From Octopus sinensis (lineage: Eukaryota), in contig NC_043002.1 in the NCBI RefSeq assembly GCF_006345805.1, positions 54,932,001 through 54,996,000 of the forward strand: DNA of 64,000 nt, read 5' to 3'. Positions 11,973 through 25,112 of the stretch are shown one piece after another. The notes beneath the pieces are model-generated. The model was not told where the DNA came from and ran no database searches. It was given only the letters and a program-made list of their open reading frames with translations. The translations under genes were made by a program, and so were the position numbers. Within the stretch, counting starts at the first letter, position 1. Every line of letters begins with the position of its first letter.

Positions 11973-12564
11973 TTTAAGCAACTAGGATACTCGGGTGTGA
12001 ATACCGGAAGAGCGTAATTCTTGTTTCTCAACATTAACTTTATTTGTTTCCTCTCAGCTGTTGTTGTTCTCAAATGGTTTCCATGCTGTGGTTTGTCATA
12101 GTAATTACATAAAGTATTCATAGAGGCGACAGATTCAAAGGAAGACTGTCCATTCATTTAGAATAAAGAACTTGAAGCAAGAAGTCTGAAAGTCAAGAAA
12201 ACCACAAATCCGATAGGAAATATAATTGGTCGGACTTTCAGTTGTTAATTGAATATAAAGATAATTACTTAATTTCCGAAACTAGAGTCACTGCAAAATA
12301 TGATCGTTCTTTTTAGGATGATAGATAAAACAAGAAAGCCTAACGTTCTGAGTTCAAACCATGCCGGAGTTCACTTTTGATGCATTCCTTCTGGGATCGC
12401 ATTATTTCACTCCAGAACATGTGTCTGGTACTGACGTACGGGATAATCTTTATTAAGTCGGTATCAATTGTTGTGAATCAATGTATGTAAACATAAACAA
12501 GTTTATTTGAACAACTTTGTTGGTTTAACCTCAAACAAATAAATTATAATAAATTATGAACAGC

Positions 12565-12770
12565 TGAGGGTGGCGAGCTGGCAGAATCGTTACTGCGCCG
12601 GGCAAATTGCTCAGCGGTATTTTGCCTGACCTTACGTTCTGGGTTCAATTGTTGCCGGGTTCGACTTTGTCATTCTTTTGGGATCGATAAAATCCAGTTG
12701 AGCACTGGGATCGATGTAATCGATTTAACCTCTCCCCCGAAAATTGCCGGCTTTGTGTCAAATGTGAATT
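12565..12770 (+). mobile_element. SINE family B, diverged
   Basis: GGTGGCGAGCTGGCAGAATCGTT head and central motif. Confidence 0.75.
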
Positions 12771-13099
12771 ACGATCAGTTAAGATTTGAAATAGATTTCC
12801 ATCTCTTCGTTTTGTTGGGTGACCGTAGCGAGTCATCTGAAGGTCTGGTCAATAAACCAAGAATGTGGACATAGACGAACCACACTGCTGCAGAAGGCGA
12901 TTGTCTTGGCATCAAGGGTAAACAATGTTAGAGAGAAATAACTCACAGATACAAGCTGGTAGTGGTGATGGTGGTATAAAACAATAGTAAGTGGTTCGTG
13001 TTATGTCGACTCGAGTTCAAATACCTGCCGGAGCAGATTCTAGTTTTCAGCATTGCAGGTTAGACAAAAATTAATCAGTCGATTAAATTAACTGTAGTA

Positions 13100-13332
13100 G
13101 TAGTAGTAGTAGTATGGGAGCATGCGCTGTAACAGTGCGTTGCTGCATCCACCAATTTGTTGGTCCAACCCATGGGATTGTTTTGGGGTAGTCGTTGTTA
13201 GTGACGGTTTTGACATGTCCCTACTACATCATAAGAGCAACATAGAATGAGGCGTTCTGCTCGAGAACAAAACACACTGCCTGGTCCGGGAATCGAACCC
13301 ATAATATGACGACTAACCACTAGGCCACACGC
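13100..13332 (-). mobile_element. SINE family F, internally deleted
   Basis: tRNA-like head on the minus strand, (ACT)n tail, homologous to 20470-20848. Confidence 0.6.
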
Positions 13333-13439
13333 ACCATTCCAAGTCAACTGTCACTTCTCCAAAGTTCTATGAGTTTTGTCTGTTATAGGAATTCTCATAA
13401 ATTATGAGCAAAGTAGTAGAAACGGAAACGAGATGAAAA

Positions 13440-13713
13440 ATCGCCTCGGCAGTGATTCACGAGAGCGCCAGACGAATTTCAGCTTCGTTGAGCTTTATCA
13501 ACGACGTTTGCTGGCTAGTCACATGTCTGGATGGATTCTCTCCCCTCTAAGATACAGGAAGAGTAAATGATACATTTACTGCTGCCTGTATAACAGAAAG
13601 CCGGTGAGGAAAATTTCGTCTCTAGTCATGTGACTAGCGAGTAAATGTTATCAATGAGACTCAACGATGCCGGAATTCGTCTGGCGTTTCTTGTGAGTCA
13701 TTGCTGAGACGTT
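13440..13713. mobile_element. Old MITE-like inverted repeat
   Basis: Arms 13448-13525 and 13627-13705, roughly 75% identical by eye. Confidence 0.55.
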
Positions 13714-13934
13714 GTTCACTTCGTTCTGATGTATATCGTGATTTTAACACATATCTCTGAAAAGTGTTTCTCTCCGACAAAAACCACAGCATCATACCTG
13801 TCAGTGGTGTATATACATTATGATACGTAGATGACTATTGTGTGTGTCTATAGGTGAGTCATATATGTATATACACATGTATATATATATGTATATATAT
13901 ATGTATATACACATGCATATATATGTATATATGA

Positions 13935-14264
13935 AGGCGCATGGCTCAGTGGTTAGAGCGTCGAGCTTACGATCGTGAGGTTGTGAGCTCGAATCCCGGA
14001 CCGGGCTGCGTGTTGTGTTCTCGAGCAAGGCACTTTATTTCACGTTGCTCCAGTTCACTCAGCTGTAGAAATGAGTTGCGACGTCACTGGTGCCAAGCTG
14101 TATCGACCTTTGTCTTTCCCTTGGATAACACTGGTGGCGTGGAGAGGAGAGGCTGGTATGCATGGGCGACTGCTGGCCTTCCATAAACAACCTTGCCCGG
14201 ACTTGTGTCTAGGAGGGTAACTTTCTAGGTGCAATCCCATGGTCATTCATGACCGAAGGGGGTC
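13935..14264 (+). mobile_element. SINE family A, apparently full length (tRNA head, CORE-like domain)
   Basis: GGCGCATGGCTCAGTGGTTAGAGCG A box, B box near 13985, CORE-like TTCTCGAGCAAGGCACTTTATTTCACG; flanked by (TA)n. Confidence 0.85.
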
Positions 14265-14269
14265 TATTC

Positions 14270-14529
14270 ATTTTATATATATATATATGCATATACACAT
14301 GTATATATATATATACATATATATATATGTATATACATGTATATATGTATATACATGTATATATGTATATATATATGTCTATGTATATACATGTATATAT
14401 GTATATATATATATGTCTATATGTGTATACATGTATATATATGTATATGTGTATATATGTATATATGTGTATGTGTATATATGTATATATGTGTATATAT
14501 ATATGTATGTGTATATATGTATGTATGTG

Positions 14530-14604
<75 letters not shown>

Positions 14605-14789
14605 ATGTATGTATGTGTATGTATTTGTATGTATGTGTATGTATTTATATGTATGTGTATGTATTTATATGTATGTATATGTATGTATATATGTATGTAT
14701 ATGTATGTATATATATATGTATATGTATGTATATATATATGTATATGTATGTATATATATGTATGTATATGTATGTATATATATGTATG

Positions 14790-14826
<37 letters not shown>
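14270..14826. repeat. (TA)n/(TATG)n compound microsatellite
   Basis: Direct inspection. Confidence 0.95.
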
Positions 14827-14829
<3 letters not shown>

Positions 14830-15125
14830 ATTGCTAATGTCATTGTCATAAGATTTCAGAAATCTTGCTGGGGTTTTTTTTCCGCCCTTCGAAGAAAAAT
14901 AGCCATCAAATATCTATATATATGGCACGCAGTGTAAATGTGCTTCTTTTCATACACACACACACACACAATCACACAAGCACGCGCGCGCGCGCTTGCA
15001 TATTGTCCCACACATTTACATAGTTTTAATTTCTGTATTGTAGGTTCATGTGAAAAAGGTTACTGTTGCATTTAATATTCACGAGATTTTTTTGATAAAA
15101 GGTGGGAGAGCCAAACAAGCTCGTC

Positions 15126-15163
<38 letters not shown>

Positions 15164-15341
15164 CTTTCTCTCTCTCTCTCTCTCTCTTGCTTCACAGTAA
15201 GGTATTACCTGGCAACTGCAATAATGTTGCACTTGCTTCTAGTTTTACGATCCTAGCTTTGCCCACTTGGCTTTTTATCATTCTTTTCCTTGGTTTTATG
15301 TTGCTCTTCGTTTATACATATATACAGTTCTTTTTGTATAT

Positions 15342-15386
<45 letters not shown>

Positions 15387-15599
15387 ATGTATGTATGTAT
15401 GTATATTGTTGGTGTTGTGTTATTTTTCTGTGTCTGTCTGGCAATATATTTGCTACAACAGTAACAGTTATGCAGATTAAATTGCATGTCTGCAGGTCTC
15501 CTAGCTGTGATTTGCTGTATCTTTCAACCAGTATATTGCACACTTCTGGCGTGCATATATGGAAACATGGACACACCTACACACACACGTTTATGTTTG

Positions 15600-16190
15600 T
15601 ATATCTTTTATCTTTTGTTTTAGTAATTACACTGCGGCCATGCTGGGGCACCACCTTGAATTTTTTAGTCGAATAAATCGACCCCGGTTCTTATTTTTTT
15701 AAAGTCTGATACTTATTCTGTCGGTCTCTTTTGCCGAACTGCTAACTCACAGGAACATAAAAACACCAATACCTATTTCTTTACTACCCACAAGGGGCTA
15801 AACATAGAGGGGACAAACAAGGACAGACATAGGTGTTAAGTCGATTACATCGACCCCAGTGCGTAACTGGTGCTTAATTTATCGACCCCGAAAGGATGAA
15901 AGGCAAAGTCGACCTCGGCGGAATTTGAACTCAGAACGTAACGGCAGACGAAATACGGCTACGCATTTCGCCCGGCGTGCTAACGCTTCTGCCAGCTCGC
16001 CGGTTGTAGAATGGTGATGGACACGCACACACACACATACGACGGGCTTCTTTCAGTTTCCGTGTACCAAATCCACTCACAAGGCTTTGGTCGGCCCAAG
16101 TAGAAGACACTTGCCAAAGGTGCCACGCAGTGGGACTGAACCCGGAACCGCGTTGTTGGGGAGCAAACTGCTTGCCACACAGCCACTTCT
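15600..16190 (-). mobile_element. SINE C with a nested SINE B (15768-16000, minus strand)
   Basis: C body is interrupted at ACACCAATA and resumes at CGGTTGT. Confidence 0.8.
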
Positions 16191-16544
16191 GTATGAAATG
16201 TGTGTATATATGAATATACTGAATATACACACACATATATGCACTCACATATATGTTTTTATATGCACATATGTATATACATATACACATGCCTGTGTAT
16301 GTATATATATGCATTGTGGGGCAGATAATTTTTCATCATCAGCAGCAGTAGTCGCAGCAGCAGCATCAGTAGCCGGAGCGGGGTGAATTGACAGAATAAT
16401 TAGGAGACCGGGCGTCTGAATTCAAATCCTACTGCGGTGATTTGTCTTTCTGGGTCAATAAAATAATACATCGAATATCGATTTTGATAGAATTGACGGG
16501 ATCACATAAAATTTGAAAGGTTGTGCCTTTGTTAGAAGCTAGGC

Positions 16545-16750
16545 AAAAATCGTTGGTGCGACGAACAGAATGCTGATAGACACTTCTTCAGATTCTTTAC
16601 GTTCTAAGTTCAAATCCTGCTGCGGTCAACTTTGCTTTTCATCTCTTCAGGGTCGCTAATATAAATACCATTTTCGCACCGGGGTCAGTGTAATCGATTT
16701 ACCCCCAACCCTTCAAATTTCAGGCCTTATACTTATAGCAGAAAGGATTA
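16545..16750 (+). mobile_element. SINE family B
   Basis: Central motif and ...AGAAAGGATTATT tail. Confidence 0.75.
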
Positions 16751-16760
16751 TTATTATTAT

Positions 16761-17550
16761 TGAGTGAGAGATCAGTGCATACCATTAAAGTGACACTGGG
16801 GTAAAATATACGAAGCCCAGTATACCCATCATGACTACTTGTCTGATAAGGGTACACTAGGCACATGCATCACAACCATATGTACGCGACATGGTGATCT
16901 CATATCAAGATAAACAGCATATGACCTTGCAGATGGGGCCCAGTTAGAAGTTTCTTCTGGTCGAGTAACCCATCCCGTTCAAAAGGTCCCTGAATAAGGG
17001 TTTTTTAAGGATGTTGAACGAGACACCCATGTTTCCAGAGGTAAATTATTCGAACCCCAAAGAATCCTTCTCAACACATTGCTATGAAGCTCCCCCACTA
17101 CTACTGCTCGTGATCAGAGGTGCACATATCGTCAGCCACTAAGTGACATGCTCAACTTGTTATGGTCAAACAATTGACAAGTAAATCTCGCCGAGGTCGA
17201 CTTTGCCTTTTTTTTCCTCGAAATGATGAAAGGCAAAGTCGACCTCGGCGAAATTTGAACTCAGAACGTCTGCCGTTACGTTCTGAGTTCAAATTCCGCC
17301 GAGGTCGACTTTGCCTTTCATCCTTTCGGGGTCGATAAATTAAGTATCAGTTACGCACTGGGGTCGATGTAATCGACTTAATACCTATGTCTGTCCTTGT
17401 TTGTCCCCTCTGTGTGTAGCCCCTTGTGGGTAATAAAGAAATAAGTATTGAGCAGAATATTTGCTGTAGCCCATCTTTTATACCAAGACAAAACAATGTA
17501 CATGAGAACACTTCTAATCAGTTAAGATGAAAAGCCATGAGAGCCACATA
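16761..17550 (-). mobile_element. Family E element interrupted by a SINE B with a 5' double inversion (17189-17450)
   Basis: Colinear with 29349-29906 on both sides of the insertion. Confidence 0.82.
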
Positions 17551-18031
17551 CATTCACCTGTGCATATTCACAAATACTTACACACACACACACACAGACA
17601 TTTTAGTTACACTTGAACGTTATCAGTAACATCAATCAGATGTGTGTCCTTGAGCAAGTTAATTGCCTCTACCTTTGTCAGACTTGCTAACAGCAAAATA
17701 GAAGTTGACGACGATGATGATGATGATGATGGTGACGATGCCAATAAAGAAAAGAACAGCCAAAATGAAACGTGAACGAGGTTACCCTAACCTTAACTTT
17801 TCTCATTTGAGAGAAATTTAGTTTGACGTTGGAATCGGGTTTAATAATGTCGTCTGTGATGGAATAGAGATAACCATTGAGGTTGAGAATGAAAGGAACG
17901 AAAATATACCTACACATACACACACACACAGAACACCAACCCATTTCTTCCTCACACACAAACACACACACACGCAACTGCATACTCATACATCGTTGAG
18001 TGTGTGATATTTATTCTAAAAACGCGTTTGC

Positions 18032-18068
<37 letters not shown>

Positions 18069-18072
18069 TAAC

Positions 18073-18104
<32 letters not shown>

Positions 18105-18195
18105 TAACAATAACAATAATAATAATAATAATAACAATAACAATAACAATAATAATAATAATAATAATAACAATAATAATAATAATAATAATAAC
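18032..18195. repeat. (AAT)n/(AAC) trinucleotide array
   Basis: Direct inspection. Confidence 0.97.
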
Positions 18196-20469
18196 GATGG
18201 TGGCGATAGGTGGAAAGGCTGCATGCTGCAGTCGTTGCAACCACTTTGACTGTGCTGTAAGACAAGCTTTTATGACCAGACAACAATCATGAGACGGTGA
18301 GGGGCAAATCAACACTGACCCATTGCTTACCCACACCCAGCAATAAAAAGAGCTGGGTGGAGTTTTTTTACGCTTATTTATTTATTTATGTTTGTTTATA
18401 TAAAAGAAGACTTTATTGACAAAATTTATTAGTTTTCTTCTCTGTACATTTGTTTTTTTTTTTTTTTAATCTTCATGTCTGAAATGGTTCTAACTTATTG
18501 AGATTTGTGGCATAAATTATATTCTCTGAAAATAAATAGAAGCCAAAGGAAAAAAAAAGATGTATGTATGTTTATTTGTGTGCGCGTATGTGTTGCATGT
18601 GTGTATATTTGTATATATGTGTGTGTGTGGGGGGGGGGCATGAATGTATTTGTGTATATATGTGTAATTATCTGTGTATGTATATTTATATGTATATATG
18701 TGTGTGTGTGTATGTTTATTTGTGTGCATGTGTGTACTGTGTGTGTGTGTGTGTGTGTGTGTATTTGAGTATGTGTGTGTGTAAATTTATTTGTGTGTAT
18801 GTGTGGGCATGAATGTATTTGTGTATATGTGTGTGTGTGCGTGCATATTTAAATGTGTATGTATATTTATATATATGTTTGTGTGTGTGTGTGTATACAT
18901 ACACAGTGTGTTAAAACCCCTCCTCCCGCCATCATTTAACTTTATTTTTTCCTCTTCTACATTTAAAAAAAAAAATTATTTTCTTTATCCTCTTTCTTTT
19001 CCTTTCCACTTAATCGCCTCTCTCTCTTATTTCTCTCATTTCTACGCGTTATACACCCAGAGATTTATCATACATGCATACATAGCTACGTTTGTATTTC
19101 TTTATGAAGTGGGTTGGTGACCCTGTCTGTATCTATAAATCACTTATGTGGCTGCATCTCCAGGTTTCGGCATTTTCATATGTATATTCAGGAATTATTT
19201 AAAATAAAAAAAAAGCAGCAAAACCAAAGGTTGCATACTTACTTATTGTTTCTCTCGACCAACTGTGATGTTGTTGATAAAATATGTTCTTTGTCTATCT
19301 ACTTATCGTCTTTGTGATTTTGGATAAAAAGAAAATTATACAAATGAATCCTTCGAATTTAACTAAATTCTATATTTTTATGCAGCTGAAGATTGCTCTA
19401 CATTTTAAGTTGATGTAATGTTTTCATTGTTCAATTAAATGGAGTCGCATGAAACGATCGTACTGCATTACCTTTGGATATCCTTGTTGCTTATTTTGAT
19501 TTTATATATATATATAAATTAATCAAAGGACATATACACACACACGACGGGCTTCTTTCAATTTCCATCTACCAAATCCACTCACAAGGCTTTGGTCAGC
19601 CCATGGCTATAATAGAAGACGCTTTCCCAAGCTGCCACGCAATGGAAGGTACCCATTCCTTCCTTCCGTCTATTCTCTTTTTTCGTTTGTTCCTTCAACT
19701 TCTACCCAGATTCCATTTTCTTTGTATCTTTGGTTGCTACTCCTGGCCGCAACTTCTTCTCTACAGCAAATTGCTAATATACGTATATATACATAATGTG
19801 AAATAAACACCGGAGATTCTTTTGCTCAACGCAGAAACTGTAGCAGCTATTAGGGAAGCTCTTCTGTAGCGTCAGCCGATATCGCAGAGTCACAAGCGTT
19901 TCACCCCTTACTCTGTATGCTTCACTTGAGTGGGGCAGTGAGGACTCAGCTAGTTTTCACCTATGGAAGTGTTCCACTTGCTGTCTCTTATCAATTATAA
20001 CCATCTTGACTTACTTTCAGCTGTGCTGCCCATTTCCTTGATGGCTTTGGATTCCAGATATATCTTCTACAGGAAAGTAGGTCTGGAATCCCAAAACGAA
20101 AATTTTGTTTTACCAAATACTATTTTGAGAAGCTAGTATCTACAAAACTTCCTCTGTTGTCTCTCTCAGAGGTAACAGCCTTTGCTCTCTCTCTCTCTCT
20201 CTTTCTCTCTGTATATGTGTATGTATGTATGTATGTATAAGCTTATTGGCAGTCGTATGATCGTCGGGCGGAACGGTAGTTGTTCCGGTTGTCTACCCAC
20301 TGAATTCAAGCTACGTTGAGGTCAACTTTGTCTTTCATCCTTTTGGTGGTCGATAAGTAAAGTACCAGTTTTGCCCTGGATCCAATTCCTTGCTTTCTAT
20401 ACTTTTTCTGTCTTCTTGAAGAAATCGTCTAAGGTAAGAGTTGAAGAGGGACGGACTCAGTTAAAAAAA

Positions 20470-20848
20470 AGTAGTATTAGTATGGTGGGTGGGTGGGAGC
20501 ATGCGCTGTACCAGCACGTCGCTGCGCCCACTATGTGTTGGTGATTCCCTACTCCTCCTGACGAGTGACATCATTGCGACACTCAGGGTCTGGTTTTGGG
20601 TTGTCATTACTGGTGAGGGTTTTGCGAGGTTGGGGTGCAAATCCTAGCTCAACCCCTTTCAGTCGCCTTCTACGATACATAAAGGAAACGTTGGGTCCAT
20701 TCTTTGACATGTCGGTCCTCACACAGCATTTGAGCAAAGTGAAATGAAGTATTTTGCTCGAGAGCACATAATACACTGTCCGATCTGGGGATCGAATCTA
20801 CGATCTGATGATCGTGGGAGCAACTCCCTGGACCACGCGCCTTCACTA
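20470..20848 (-). mobile_element. SINE family F
   Basis: tRNA-like head on the minus strand; shares GGGAGCATGCGCTGTA end with 13100-13332. Confidence 0.6.
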
Positions 20849-21551
20849 TGTGCGTTTGTGTAACAACTAAAACTCCATATATTAATTAGAGGATTACTAA
20901 CAAGAATGTCCACTAACTCTCGAGAAACATCCTTTCTACTCCAAACCTCACGACTAATCACTTAGATGTTGTACAAGATAACGCGAGAGCGACATCTCTT
21001 TCTGGATGTTGCTTTCCTGGGTAGAACTTAATTTCCATTTAGATCACATTTGGAAGCATAACTCTAGGTTTGGAAGTGGTTTTCCAGTAAATGTTAAACG
21101 GTAAATTAAATGATTGTTATTTCTTTGTAACGTTTATGTGATAATTTACCAGTAAAATGTATCAACAGGTGTGTTTTTCTCCTGCGTTTTCATCTAATTT
21201 ATTTATTTTGTGATGCAGCAAACTGCTTTCACACAACTAGCAATTTGTAATAAAGAAATCAAATTAACACTGAATTAGGTTTTGGTAACTGGAAGTTACA
21301 GGGATAACAGTCATACAATGGGCTCTTGGCTTCTCTGACCTCAAAAATCCGTTACTCCGTCTTGTCTCGTTCCAGGCTTGCGGGTTAGAGAGGTTCAACT
21401 TAGGGGTTCATCATACACCTATCTGTATACACATATATCCACAAAATTATCAAAATATTATCAACATATTTCAAGGAGGGGGTTTTATCCTTCAAACCCC
21501 ATTCTCTATTTCTTACATAATTTTATGGGTTTTTTTCGATGGTGACATTTT

Positions 21552-21601
<50 letters not shown>

Positions 21602-23689
21602 GTTTTCCCCATATAATATTTTACTTTCTTTTTGAAACTCCGACAAAACTATATAAGATGCCACCCAAGCGCTCAACTACGAGTGCAATGTGTCTAATAG
21701 CAGAAACGGTGGTAAGCTAATGAAAGTCATTACATAATTTCTAGCTGTCTTGTCATTTATTTAACACACATACACACGCACATTAGCTATTTCCTCATGC
21801 TGTTTTCATGTTAATAGCTAGGAATCCGGACATGGCGGACTTCATCTGTCGTGGCTGCTGAATGGAAAGACAGAGTCAATGACAGCGTCTGCTGAAAATC
21901 CCTATGTTGAAAAACAAAACTTGGATACAAGCATGAATGCATGGTGTAGAATTAGTCCCTGCTGTACGTTTGTACGTATGTTCTTTCTCTTAACTTCGAA
22001 TCAATTTTGACCGGCCACCTGCTTGATATCAAGGTTGTGAAGGAAAGCCTCGTGTTTGTTCATCATTCTTTAAATCATAGGAAGGTCTAACAGGTTTTTA
22101 TAGTTCCAGATATCGTGATCATTTTTAGTTTATGAATTAAGGATTTGCGTTCTCTCCCCAAGAACCCAAAGTTCAGCCAAATATTCCTCCAGACGGGTTG
22201 GTGTGTATCACGTTGCTCCAATAATAGGTAATGTATTTATGAACGTGTGTGCGTTTGAATGTATGTGTATGCATGCATCTATATGTGTTTGTATGAATGT
22301 ATATGTTTATATTTTTATTTGGACGAAGCCGAGTCTGTGTGCAAAGTAAAACTAATTGACACTTGCAAAACAAAGTGAAACAGACAACAGCAAAAAATAA
22401 AAAGGAAAAGAATATTGTTCTTAATTGTATTTCTTATTGTATATCTGTGGTTGTTAAACATGAATTTTGATGTTAGGGACACCATGGTGAGACATTCGAA
22501 GAGATTTTCCCCTCCCTCTCTTTCTCTCTCTCTCTCCCCCATCTCACTCCATCTCTCCTCTTACTCCTCTCCTCTTCTTTCTCCCCTTCCCCAGGAGCGG
22601 TTGGTGTGCATTACATCACACAATTGAAATTATAACTAAGTAGGAAAAACATCAGCAAACAGTGTATGTACACTATACTCTGTAAAAATAGACGGATGAC
22701 GATGGAAATAATTGTTCCTATACAACACAGTTCTGAGCTAAGTACACGGATAGTTTAGAGATTGAGAACAAAAACGAACACATGGCTGATGGCACATGAA
22801 TTCCGACGGTAATATTGACACCAAACCCACTGGTCCCTGTCTACTATAAAAGAAGCATTTAACACACACCAACATCCCTTCGTTTCGAAGGTGTGACTGT
22901 GAAGGTCTGAAGGGTCTAGAGACGTTAATGGTGGATTTCAGATTTTATATTTCCAAAGAAACTGCAAGAAATTCATACGAAAGTATGAAATAAAAGAAAA
23001 ACCTTGAATGGAGGTTAAAACTATAAACCAGTCATGTTTTCAATATAACACACACACACACACACACATTAATTCACAAGAGAAATATCAGAGCAATGAC
23101 TCAACGGTTGAATGTTCAGCTTCTTGTTATGATACAACACCTTCGTCTGCCTCTTTCCCTCTAATCATTTCGTCTTCTCTTCACCTGGGAACAAACAGTC
23201 TTGCTTAACAAAAGCCAACAACAATATCTATTTTAAAGTTCGTTGGTTATTTGGTGAATTTTTCTCTCAGCTGTTGTCACAGTTTTTATAATGGACCCCC
23301 CTCCCTCCTTCCCTCTCTCCCTCCATCCCCTCTCTCCCTTTCCCTCTTTCTCCCCCTCTCTCTCCAAGTGATGGCTCGCGTAAGTTCGTTGACTTGTCTG
23401 TATGTATTGATAAAGATTACTGTCGTCAGGCAACAGTTAGTACCAGTAATATGCGCCTGTCGGTTCCCCAGTCCCCTCTTACAAATCGTAGCTTTGCGTC
23501 ATTGTGCGCCCTTCCCACCTTATTTATATTTGTTGTTTTGGATTCTGAGCTTAAATCTCGCTGGGGATCGACTTGTTTTATCGGATACAAGAAAATGAAA
23601 CTTTGTAGCAAAACTCTGTTCATTCACTCGACTGGACATAATACTCTGCCTCTAAAACTCTGTAATCTCGTGCCTCCTAACCTTATGGT

Positions 23690-23885
23690 TTCGGCTTCAG
23701 TCCCACTGCGCGACACGTGTGTGTGTGTGTGTCCTTGTGTCTGTGTTTGCCCCCCCACACACACACCACCGTTTGATAGTCGGTGTTGGTATGTTTACGT
23801 CACTGTAACTTTGTGGTTTGGTAAAAGAAACCCGATAAAATAAGTACCACGCTTTAAAGTAATTAGCACTGGGATCCATTGGGTT
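23690..23885 (+). mobile_element. SINE family C, internally deleted
   Basis: GGCTTCAGTCCCACTGCG head and C body. Confidence 0.65.
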
Positions 23886-24471
23886 CACGAAACATACGCC
23901 CTCTCTCCATTTGCCTGCTTGCCTGCCTGCCTCTCTTTCTCTATCTGTCTGTCTGTCGTTCCCCCCCTCTCTCACACACACACACACACAAATCGTGGTC
24001 TTCTACATAGAAATCATTATTAAACAGTTTATGTAACTTCTTTTGTTGCCATATTTCTGACGAGTTTAGTAAAATTATCGAATACGGTTTCACTACAGCC
24101 AAAAGGCCCACTCTATAGAGACACGGTATTTATTGTTATTTACACATCTGCTGAAAGTCAGCAACTGATATCTCTATAATTCATATCACAGGCGAATGAC
24201 ATTCAATCGCCATCGATCTGATCCTAAGGACAGTTTACATGTGATCGGTGTAATCATACGGTGGAACCACAGTGTAATTGACGAATGTTCAAACAGAGGC
24301 GGGCTAAGTTTTCCTAGATTTACTATATAAAGTCGAAATTTTTCGTTGTTGCACCTACTTTAGCTTCTAAATCTGATCTCTGAAGGGTCAGATACATAAA
24401 AACCTCATCTCTTTACTGGACAGTATCTACTCCTCTCGGTGACTTTCTCCACATGTTCTGCTACCTATTTA

Positions 24472-24906
24472 GGATCTTTTCGGTTTGAACGGCAGTTTTT
24501 AACATAATTTCTAGGTAACTAAAAAATTTTAAACTTCGTATACTGGTAGAATGTGTTTATAAAACATCTTTTTCTCTTGGCTTTATTGAGAAAATTCTAT
24601 AGTTTGTAAGATATTTGTTGTTTCTTTTTTCTTCAATTTCTGCAATTTCAACCAATCAGTGACGTCCATTGAGGTAAAAAAAAACATTGTGTCGTATGAA
24701 TATGTCCCTCGTTTAAGAAACAGATTGGGTTTGGGTTTACTTACATTTGTAAAGAAAAAAAGATACCCTTCCCCCACCCCTAACCCTAACTAACCCTAAC
24801 CCTAAAACAGATTGAAATGCAATAGATCGATACTAGGGTCATAATTATGGGTGACAATTTCATATGACACCGCTAGAAAAAACTGCCGTTCAAACCGAAA
24901 AGATCC
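24472..24906. mobile_element. MITE with ~28-bp TIRs and perfect 8-bp TSD (CCTATTTA)
   Basis: GGATCTTTTCGGTTTGAACGGCAGTTTT / AAAACTGCCGTTCAAACCGAAAAGATCC; TSD at 24464-24471 and 24907-24914; internal CCCTAA repeats. Confidence 0.9.
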
Positions 24907-25007
24907 CCTATTTAATTATAACAACGCCAAAGAAAGCAAGCAAAATATAACTTCTTGCTCAGAGATAATGCGAAACGAGTGCTTCAGATTTGAAATCACT
25001 TTCTCAG

Positions 25008-25112
25008 GCGTCACCTCTCAATGAAAACAAATCCTGACACTAGGACATTTGGGGGACACATCCCTGCAAACTCTGCAAACATTTTGTCCATCAGTATGGG
25101 AGAATTTCCTGT
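25008..25112 (+). CDS. Weak candidate 105-nt internal exon, unknown protein
   Basis: ACTTTCTCAG acceptor, GTAAGT donor, single open frame RHLSMKTNPDTRTFGGHIPANSANILSISMGEFP; no recognisable homology. Confidence 0.15.

Noticed and set aside
19820-20180. Unique-looking, coding-like composition
   Set aside because: Stops in the frames I checked, no motif recognised; possibly a very old TE
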